Part shown: piece after piece, positions 54,199-64,000 of the stretch
Layout: each line of letters starts with the position of its first letter
Position numbering within the stretch: position 1 is the first letter of the stretch
Assembly: GCA_951406725.2 (NCBI GenBank)
Contig: OX597829.1
Coordinates: 2,976,001 to 3,040,000 of the forward strand
Direction of reading: 5' to 3'
From: Octopus vulgaris
Taxonomy: Eukaryota
Length of the DNA stretch: 64,000 nucleotides
Program-made: the position numbers and the translations under genes
The notes under the pieces: model-generated
The model's database searches: none
What the model was told of the DNA's origin: nothing
The model's input: only the letters and a program-made list of their open reading frames with translations

Positions 54199-55876
54199 TA
54201 GAATATATATACACACACACAATGGGCTTCTTTGAGTTTCCATTCACCAAATCCACTCACATGGTTTTGGTCAGCTCGGGGCTATAGTAGAAGACACTTG
54301 CCCAAGGTCTATTTTGTTTTGTTGCTTCTTTTATTCCTCTCTTTCATTTGTTTCCCAGTTTTTTCATCACTGTTGTTGTTGTTGTTGTTGTCAATGTTCT
54401 TCTCATTGCTGTCCTTGTTTCCATTGTCACTGTTGTTGTCAGTCTTTGTCATTGTTGTTGTTCTTACTTGACGCTGTTGTTGCCGATGTTATTGTCACTA
54501 TTGCTGCTGCTTGTGTTCATGTTGTCATTGTAATTCAAAAGGTAATTATAAGTTTATTATCAACTCATTAACCTATATCTGAAGCCAAACCATTATTCCT
54601 GTGTGTATTTACTTTAATAATAAACATTTACAACATTTCGATAATGACTGCTTTGCACAAGAAATAAAGACACTTTATAACTAAGACTACTTCTACTATT
54701 CATAGCAATTTATTACCTATCACACATTATGGCCAGAGAGAGGGAGAGGGGGGAGAGGGGGAGAGACAGACAGACAGGTAGGCAGGTATGCAGGCAAGCA
54801 AGTAGGCAGACAGGGAGGTAGAGAAAGAGACAAATGAGGAGACAGAGAGGAAGAGAGACAGAGAGACAGAGAAGAGAAAGAAACAGAGAAGGAGAGAGAG
54901 AGGAAGAGAGAGAGAGACAGAGAAGAGAAAGAGACAGAAGGGGAGAGAAAGGGAGGGAGACAGGAAGAGAGAGAGAGAGAGAAAGTGCAGAGAAGAGAGA
55001 GACAGAGAAGAAGAGAGAAACAGAGAGGAAAAGAGAGAGAGGAAGAGAGAGAGAGAAAGAGAGAGAGAGAGACATAGAGATTGACAGGGTCTCAGTTCAG
55101 CCACCTGACCATCTAGAATTAGCAGCCAAATCTTCCTGCAAATCTTCCCATCCAACTGACTTGATGAAAAGTTAAGATAGTGTTGAATAACGTAGCCCTT
55201 TGATATTACAAATAAAAAGTGGATGTCATGGGTGGAATGTTTATTTCCATAGACCTGCTGGATCATGATTCAATTAACTTCTAAAGTCAAAGACGCACTT
55301 GGATTAGGACTGGCCTGAGATAAAACCACAACAGCCATCTTGTGTCATTTTATAAAATTCCTCTCAGGTCTTCTATCCATCAATCTTATCTCCTATTATA
55401 TTACCTAAGCTAGCCTCACCTGTGCTGTCCTACTTAAGACTTGGCTCCTACTATTCATGAATTCTCACCTTATTCTCATCCCACCACCATCTCCCAAAAG
55501 AATTTACTCTAAATACTACCAGCCATGTGCTCCCACTACCCTAGATCTCAATATCTACTACTATTACCTTTCAGTACTAAAAATCAAGACAGGAGAGAGC
55601 CCCCATATGGCTATTTGACCAGCTAGAAATGGCAACCAAATCCGTCTCCCATCACACTCTTTTTCTGTGATATGCAAACTGCTTTACTCACAATACATTT
55701 TTAGCCATATAAAAATATGTTCTATACATTTTCTGCGTAAAGTAAAATCAATGAATTAAAAAGAAGAAACTATACATACATACACACACACACACACACA
55801 TACATATCCATCCATACATCCATCCATACATACACACACACATACATACATACATACATACATACATACATACATA

Positions 55877-56500
55877 GGTGGTCTGATAAATAAGTATTTG
55901 AACTGTTGCCATAGTAATGAAGGTGCAGATTAAAACCACTTGACACAAATTGATCTTGTACTCTGCTGTATCTGTGCACTAAGTTTTAATGTTCTAGCTC
56001 ACTTCCACTGTTTACAGCAGTGAATCGAAGGAACGTGTATAACGTGTGATAGTCGTATTGACCATGACAGAGAAAGTTGAGCAGATAATCTGCATCGAAT
56101 TTTGCCAAAGGCTTGGCGACACCTGCTCAGCGGCCTGCGCAGAGTTTTCAAAAAAGTTTTCATCGTTCTCAACACAATCAAGGGGACCTTGTGCAAATGA
56201 AAAGTGTATGGAGAGGAGTTTATGAGCCACACACAGGTGTGCAAGTGGTTCAGACGTTTCTAAGATGGCCGAAAAATGTCGATACTGAGGAACATTCTAG
56301 GACGTCTGCAACCAGCAGAACTGAGAAAAACATTGCAGATGTGCGTGCAGCTGTGAGGGGAAATCATTGAATCACCATGCATGAGTTATTAGAAGATGTG
56401 CAGATTAGTTATGGTTCAGTTCAGTCCATTTTCACTGAAAATTTGGGTATGAGACGCATGTCTGCCAAGTTTGTGCCAAAGCTGCTTTCAGCTGACCCAA
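55877..56500 (+). mobile_element. Mariner transposon 5' half (left end plus decayed N-terminal transposase)
   Basis: ATG at 56064 opens MTEKVEQIICIEFCQRLGDT...; later frames read VYGEEFMSHTQVCKWF.RF, RTEKNIADVRAAVR, ISYGSVQSIFTENLGMRRMSAKFVPKLL (variant of the WVPH motif). Confidence 0.85.
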
Positions 56501-56504
56501 TTTG

Positions 56505-56730
56505 CTAACTTATCTGATGGCGCGCAGGTCTTGATGAATGGTTGAATGACCAAATCCAAGCTTCTCTGTTAGTTCCTCAACAATTACGATGGGATTTTGT
56601 TCCACCAGAGTTTGCAGGACATCCTCGTCGAACTCTACTGATCTTCCAGGACAAGGCTCGTCTTCTAGGCACGGAATTTCTGGAACAACCGTTTGATACC
56701 GGCTTACGCCTATTGTCCAATCCCCAAACA
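56505..56730 (-). mobile_element. Fragment of a second mariner subfamily (HTH region)
   Basis: Reads LEDEPCPGRSVEFDEDVLQTLVEQNPIVIVEELTEKLGFGHSTIHQDLRAI, typical of the Mos1-like linker and second HTH. Confidence 0.8.
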
Positions 56731-56929
56731 TGGTCTGATCAATAAGTATCAGGACTGTTGCCAGAGTAGCGAAGCTAAAGCACACAGAGTGAAACTGCTT
56801 GGCACAGATTGACCTTGAACTCTGCTGTGCATTGCAACAAAGTTTTAACGTTCTAGCTCCCTTCAGCTGTTTACAGCAGTGCTTGGAAGGAAGGTGTATA
56901 ACATGTGATCGTCGCATTGACCATGACAG
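56731..56929 (+). mobile_element. Second, diverged copy of the mariner left end seen at 55879-56070
   Basis: tggtctgat.aataagtat...ctctgctgt...aagttttaa.gttctagctc...ctgtttacagcagtg...cattgaccatgacag is collinear with the first copy up to the ATG. Confidence 0.8.
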
Positions 56930-56939
56930 GAGGGAAGAA

Positions 56940-59135
56940 AGTATATATACGACGCACTACTATTACTATTACACGAGACTCAACGCTCCATATCAAAGTC
57001 CCACAGTGAACTGCTACCAACTCGAACTGCCAATCGTTCACAGTTCTTTATTTTATAAAAGTGAGTCAATCCAGCTTTTAGTCACTTAAGTGAGTGGTCG
57101 AAATCCTTCCACATCTCCCCTTTTCAGAATCTCCCTTTTGAGAATTGAACTCCACTCCGAGTTTTTATATCTCTTATGTTTAGGGTTCGATTCCAGTGTT
57201 TCCGTTCTTTTCCGTTTTCTGATGTTAGAACATGTAGTTTCAAGTTGTTTGGATGTTGATCCCTCATCGTGCCGTATAATACTTCCATAGGGATTTCATT
57301 TCTCGTAACTGATTTTTTTTTCGTGAATGTTTTCTTAAGCTGGTTAATATGTCTTTTGTATTTGACACTTTTTCCTTTTACCAGGAATATCATTACTCCC
57401 ATTTGCTTCATTTTTTAAAAAAAATTTGTCCCTTAACTTACAGAGTTTTTAAAGTATTTTTGTTGTTCGCCTTCTTTTATTTTCACTCGGTATCAGCTTA
57501 ACAAAGACGGATCTGGCCTTTCTAGTAATCATCAATTCTGCCAGTGACATTCCTGACATTGTATTCGGAAAAGGTGTTACTCGGTATATTCTTAGAAATT
57601 GTTGGAGTGCAAAATCGTCCATCACTTTATTGCTCGCCTTTTTCAATGCCCTCTTGAGAGTGTCAGCAAAACACTCCGCTTATCCATTTGACCTAAAACG
57701 ATAGGGATGAATGGTGACGTGTTCGATGACGAACATTTTGCAAAATTTTCTGAACTTATCTAAAGTAAATTGGGTTCCGTTATCCAACACAATGGTATCT
57801 GGAATACTATACCTTGGCGAACAATTCATGTAAAAAGCTTATATCGGCTTTTTTACATTTATGCACTTTCAGCCACTTTGAAAAACTATCCACCACAACA
57901 AAGTAATATGAACCTTTATGTAGACCTACATAATCCATGGCCCATGGAACATGTTTTTGGCCACGGCAACCATTTAATAGTAGGTGATTTTGCAGCTAAG
58001 AACACTCTCTGCATTCTTTTACAGATTCTTCAATGTCACGGTCCACTGTTTTGCCAATATATGTAAATTCTCATTAACGATTTCATTCTCAAAATCCCCA
58101 AGTGACCCATATAAAATTCCTTTAATAATCGCTTTTGTAGTGTGGCTGGCACTACGACCCTTTGTGCATACATTAACACATTGTCACACAAATAGAAATG
58201 GTCTGCATTTGTGTTGTGCTTTTAGCTGTCATTATGTCTTTCATTTTCATAATAAATTTACCGTTTTCTAATTTCAATTTTATGTCTTGTAAAGTAATTG
58301 GCAGTTCATGAATGACATTACATAAAACATTTTTAATTTCATTTTCCGCTTGCAAAGCGGCAATCACAGTATCTTCAAGAAGTTCCACATTTTTCGAAAT
58401 CAGTCTTGATCGACAATCTGCATGACCTACTTTCTTGGATGGTATATACTCCGTCTTGAAATCATAGTTAAATAATATTGTACTTCAGTGTAGGAATTCC
58501 TTTTTGCAATTCTAATATCGATAATAATGGACAAGGATCAGTCTGTTGACGAAAACGTCTTCCGTGCAAAAATCTGAAATTTTTTCACGACAAAAATGAT
58601 CGCTAAATCGATTTAACTATAATTTTTCCCTGCTGTTAGAAAATGTGAAGCATGGACCACCACCTTAATGTTACCATCATTATATTTATGTAGCATTACT
58701 GCTCCTATGCCGTATTCAGAAGGATCTGAAGCAACAACAATCTCCGCTGCAGGATTGAAGTGTGCTGAGGACAAATCAGACATTAATATTTTTTTATTTA
58801 GTCGAACACCTTTTGGCAGTTTTCCGACCAATTCCTTTTCATATCTTTCTTCAGCAGATTACTCAGTGGAACCCTCGCCTTATACATATAATTTTGGTAA
58901 TAATTATCTATTTTCTTAATTGTTACTGGTCAACATGTCTTGAATCTGAGAACAATCTATCTCTTCGATTTTATTTGCGTCATGTCGTAGATTAATAATC
59001 CTTTGACATTCTTCTGCTACTGCCTGTACAGTTAAATTTTGTTCTTGTTCCAATTTTGTTAATATCCAAGAACGTATATCTGCATCTTTGTTTGCAGTAA
59101 GCCCTTGAACAAAAATTAAAGACCTGAACATGACT
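56940..59135 (-). mobile_element. Decayed, internally deleted Ty3/Gypsy LTR retrotransposon (gag, RNase H, integrase, PPT and start of the 3' LTR)
   Basis: gag-like LIFVQGL...DADIRSWILTKLEQ...AEECQRIINLRHD; RNase H ASDPSEYGIGAV...HAS..LT..KNYS; integrase IPDTIVLDNGTQF...SNG*AE.F..TLKRALKK and FLRIYRVTP...AELM. A purine tract AAAAGGGGAGA (57124-57114) is followed by TG at 57113. Confidence 0.88.
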
Positions 59136-59779
59136 TTATTGAATATGTGATAAAGTCATGTTCAATACATGGCTCACACTTGATTTTATTGACCCCCAGA
59201 GGGACAAAAGACAAAGTTGACCTAGGCAGGATTTGAACTCAGTATTTGAAAAACTGGAAGAAATACTTCAAAATAATGATTCTGTAATGATTCTGCCAAT
59301 TCCCACCACATGCTTTTATATCAATATTAAAAAAAAAAGGATTCTTTCATTTGGCAAAAATTGAAAGTTTCCCACATCTGATATTTCAGGCAGAAAATGT
59401 TTTCAGCTTCTAAAAAGAATACAATAAAGATTAACAGCTTTTCATTTGCAACAGCAATATGGTTTACAAGAATAATCGATTCTAAGGAAATGGTGAAAGT
59501 TAAAATAGATGTTGACTCGTCCACAGAGGAAAACAAGACAAAGAGATTGATATCATATTTCCCCTTGTGAAGCTACAACCATTTACATTTACTCTAGCTG
59601 AAAAATCTTTTAAATCTTTACCACATGTTGTACCATAAAATAAACAAGCTGTTTCTATGGCCTTGCATGATATCATGGTTATGTATTTTTATTTGCTTTG
59701 GTCTGCAAAACAAAAAAAAAACATTTCAAATCAAGCCCACCTCCAAAATCATTTGCCAACACCTGTCATTTACCATCAC

Positions 59780-60340
59780 ATATGTGTGTGTGTGTGTGTG
59801 TATGTACACGAATACATACATACATACACACATGCATATATACATACATATACACATACATATTTACATACATACATGCATATATACATACACACACATA
59901 CATATATATATACACACACATACATACATATATACACACACATACATACATACATGCATACATACATATATATATGTACACATATATATATATACATGCA
60001 TGCATAGATACATTCATTCATACATACATACATATATATACACACACATATATATATACACACACATATACATACACACATGCATACATACATATATACA
60101 CACACTTACATACATACATACATACATACATACACACACATACATACATACATACATACACACACATATACATAAATACATACATACATACATACATACA
60201 CACACATACATACATACATACATACACACACATATACATAAATACATACATACATACATACATACATACATACATACATACATACATACACACACATATA
60301 CATACATACATACATACATGCATGCATGCATGCATGCATA
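59780..60340. repeat. Compound (TACA)n/(CA)n/(TA)n microsatellite
   Basis: Directly visible; it generates the spurious YIHT/MYVC ORFs. Confidence 0.95.
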
Positions 60341-61304
60341 TTGATCCGATAGGGTTTGATTGAATAGATCAAGGCAGACCAATATGAAATATGTCCCTTG
60401 TCATACTTAAACAGTATGACACAAAGCAACAGATAAAACTATTCATTTAGTTTGTGGAGGGGCAGCAATGAAGGGAAGTTCATCTGTGTTTGGCATTCCA
60501 TAAATCTAATAGATTTCAAAATTAAATGGAATTTTAAGCCTGACTTAATATCATGATGACAAGGCAGAGATTTTATTGTGACGTAGCACAAGTTTTCAGG
60601 TTATATCGTAATATAAACAAGTAAGTAATATGCTATAATGTTGTAATCCATTAAATTAAGTATTTTAATACAGACTCGTTAGTTATATGTTTACTTACAC
60701 AGCCTCAAATTACTACTTTCTCAACTACAGCAGATTTTATATTTCAATAAACTATAGCTACTAATGATGAAATTTAATAAGACTGAACTGTGTCAGGAGT
60801 TGTCTCCCTTACTTTGCAGAAATAACTTAACTAATACCAGTTTTAAATTTTGGCACAAGGCTAGCAATTTTAGGGGTGGTGCATAGTCGATTACACTTAA
60901 CTAACATTTATTTTATCAACTGTGAAGGACAAAGTCAACCTTAGCAGAATTTGAACTTAAAGCATAAAGCTAATGCTTCGTCCATGTTGCTTCCTTTTAA
61001 TTTAAACTATATAAGACATTGACTAAAATCATCTTTTCCTCACTGCATAATTATTTAAGATTTGCTCTTTAATATTACCTACTTTAGATAAATTAACACA
61101 AACATATCTAATTAAATACCTTAACATTTATATGAATGATTAAACATTTTTGTACAACAAAGATAATTAATAACTAATTACATGTCAGCACAATTATAAC
61201 TAATTAAATATACTATAATCTGATACTTAAATATGTTAATTCAGCATAATAAAGTATGTTAATACTAACATCACTAAATAAATTAATATCATGGCTAATT
61301 AAAT

Positions 61305-63110
61305 ATCATCATTATCATCATCATCATTATCATTTAATGTCCGTTGTCCATACTGGCATGGGTTGGATGGTTTGACCAGAGCTAGCAAGCTGGGGAGCTG
61401 CACCAAACTCCAGTCTGATTTGGCATTGCTTCTATGGCTGGATGCCTCTCCTAAAGCCAAGTGTGTTGAATGCTTTTATGTGGCTCCACACAGGTACTTT
61501 TATGTGACACTGTGCAGGTGCTTTTACATGGCTCTGCATGGGCAATTTTACGTGGTACTGGACAGGCACTTTCACGTGGATTCACATGGGTGCTTTTACG
61601 TGGTACTGGAGAGGCACTTTTACATGTCACCACACAAGTGTTTTTACATGGCACCACATGGACACTTTTATATGCACTGCTATGAATGCTTTACACCACC
61701 AGAAGAATCAGTCTTAACACTTCTGCTGCAGAATATGGGTTTCCCTGAGTATGGCAAGGTGCCAGACATCTTGGTCCTTTGTCATCTCTCCTGAAAGGTT
61801 CATCAACCTGAGGTCATTCTTCAGAACTTTATCCCATGTCTTCCTTGGTTTCCATCCACTTTGAGATAGACACTTCTTTAAGAAGTAGTCAGCATCCATC
61901 CACATCACATGACCAAACCAATATAATCTTCTTTCTTGTACACAACAACTAATTCCTCTTATGCCTAACTTCTCTCTCAAAGCACTAGCACTCTGTCACA
62001 CACGTACACTGACATTACACCTCCAGCAGAGCATACTAGTCTCATTCCTCTCTAACCTTTGCATATCCTCTGCATTTAGGGTCCACATCTGACTACCATG
62101 TAGAATTGCTGTCTGTATACATGCATCGTACAATCTTCCTTTCACTCAGAGAGAGAAATCTTTCATGACCAACAAAGGTAACAGCTCTCTGAATTTCCTC
62201 CATCAGATTCTTATTCTAGTTATCATACTCTCTGTGCATCCTCCCTCACTACTAATTTGGTCCCCTAGGTAGTAGCAGAAATTCTTTTCCAGATTGGCCT
62301 ACTTCTTGGCATCCTTTGGCCTGAAGTCTAAAGTCACTAATGACTAGTCTATGTTGAGGGAGTACATTCTTCACAAATGTATTTAGGAACAGCCATGCAT
62401 CCCACTGGCTGGTGAGAATGTAATTGGTCTGGCTAGTGTAGTCATTTGATCGGCTTCTTGAAGTTGGTGTTGCAGATCAATAGGTTATTCACATCACAGA
62501 ACTCCAGTAGCCTTGTCCCCACTTCATTTTGGGTCCCAATTCCATGGTCACTATGTACACCATGGAAGATACCAGGCTGCTGCCCGACATGCCCATTGAA
62601 ATCCCCAGTCATGAAGATGAGATCATTGTCACTCGTCTTTGGGGTAGCCTCCATAAAAACAGGCCTTTTGTTCATTTGGTAGAGCTGCTTGGGGGACATA
62701 GGTAGAGATAATTGTCACTATACTATTCTGCAAAACTAACCTGAGCTTAAGTACGCTATCGCATACTCTGACTACCTATGACCTTATCCACTCATTTCTC
62801 TGCAAGAAGTATGCCAACACCACCTACCCCATTGCTGTTACCTTCCCATAAGATTTTATATCTATGCATCTTGCCTGTGAGGAACCTGGTTGGAACTCCT
62901 CCACCTTACCTCTTGAATGCAACATACATCAACGCACCTCCATTCAAGCATCTCACCAATCTCACTAGATCTACCTTTCAATGTGCCTACATTGACAGTA
63001 CCAACTCTGAGAACTGGGAAAGGGATGTGAGAGGGAACATGAGAAGGAGGGATGGTATTCAGCACCTGAACATTTGATAACATACATGTCACGTCAGTTG
63101 TTCTCACTTT
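61305..63110 (-). mobile_element. Internally deleted RTE-clade LINE (APE endonuclease plus C-terminus and 3' tail; RT core missing)
   Basis: Reads VGTVNVGTLKGRSSEIGEML...VDVCCIQEVRWR and GDFNGHVG...GTRLLEFC...LLICNTNFKK, then REKLGIRGISCCVQERRLYWFGHV...PRKTW, then a tail with 24-bp tandem units and (GAT)n. Confidence 0.9.
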
Positions 63111-63228
63111 AACCTACCATCATTCAATCATGTTAAAATTGTTGCCCCTATTGGGAGAGAGTGTAATATAAGCACTGTAAGTATAGGTGTTATAAGTGTT
63201 GTAAATATAATCATTACTTCTGCAAATA

Positions 63229-63635
63229 GGCGCAGGAGTGGCTGTGTGGTAAGTAGCTTGCTAACCAACCACATGGTTCCAAGTTCAGTCCCACTGCGGG
63301 GCATCTTGGGCAAGTGTCTTCTGCTATAGCCCCGTGCTGACCAATGCCTTGTGAGTGGATTTGGTAGGCAGAAACTGAAAGAAGCCTGTCTTATCTAAAC
63401 ATATGTGTGTATGTATTTATCTGTGTGCCTCTGTGTCTGTGTTAGTCCCCTCATCATCACTTGACAACTGATGGTCTGTTTATGTTCCTGTAACTCAGCA
63501 GTTTAGCAAAAGAGACAATAAGTACTAGTTTACAAAGAATAAATCCTAGGGTTGATTTCTTCAACTAAAAATCCTTTAAGGCAGTGCTCAAGCATAGCTG
63601 CAGTCAAGCATAGCTGACTGAAGCGAGTAAAAGAA
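63229..63635 (+). mobile_element. tRNA-derived SINE family A, full-length
   Basis: A-box TGGCTGTGTGG and B-box GTTCAGTCCC, core ttgggcaagtgtcttc, internal (TG)n, and 3' ...gactgaa...gtaaaag. Many copies in the window. Confidence 0.88.
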
Positions 63636-64000
63636 CAGTAACATAACTAATTAAATATGTTAATTAAATGTGTGAATACTAAGATAGCTACTTGAATATG
63701 GTAATACTAACAATGGCCCTGCAAACGAACAGCATTACTTACTTGCCGTCCCCAACGGAAGTAAGTCCACACTTTGTGACAAGTCTTTGTTGAGTTGCAT
63801 GATGTTCATAAACAAAAGGTTCATTCCTTTGGTGTTGTTTATTTCCAGTCTGGACTGTTTATTGTTTGATAGACAGTGAGATTATTACCTCAAGTGCAAA
63901 CATGGAAAGGTTGGTGACAGGAAAGGCATCCAGCTGTATAAATCCCAGCCTCAGCACATTATTATCTGGGCCAATCAAATGTAGATGTCAGAACAATGAC

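Noticed and set aside
59327-59536. VLFSSVDEST as the missing first USP exon
   Set aside because: Only VDES resembles the motif; there is no S..AF helix and no suitably placed phase-1 donor.
63229-63300. tRNA genes at SINE heads
   Set aside because: A and B boxes are present but run into SINE bodies with no complete cloverleaf.

Overview
Eukaryotic, very AT-rich DNA saturated with microsatellites and transposons. The mix of tRNA-derived SINEs, RTE, Dong/R4, Penelope, mariner and Gypsy relics among (TA)n, (TAA)n, (CA)n and (TACA)n tracts resembles an octopus (coleoid cephalopod) genome; this is an inference. The only host gene I can support is a spliced universal stress protein (UspA-like, ATP-binding type) on the minus strand. 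It has three phase-compatible GT-AG exons (30980-30900, 23122-23010, 20142-19939) that the ORF track misses, and its first coding exon was not found in the window. Everything else is repeat-derived: a young 5'-truncated Dong/R4 LINE in a (TAA)n target, older Dong copies, RTE LINEs whose 3' tail recurs as dispersed SINE-like copies, an internally deleted Gypsy element, mariner/Tc1 pieces, and piggyBac-, hAT-, MULE- and mariner-type MITEs. The most unusual structures are three long near-perfect fold-backs (11607-12094, 18608-18720, 48297-49164), a homogeneous 25 x 50-bp minisatellite, a 132-bp hairpin-bearing array, a 90-bp higher-order triplet repeat and decayed hammerhead-like motifs. Almost all ORFs in the supplied track are microsatellite artefacts. 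I found no demonstrably new biological system; the findings are candidates. Repeat boundaries were read by eye and are approximate unless a TSD or TIR is quoted.
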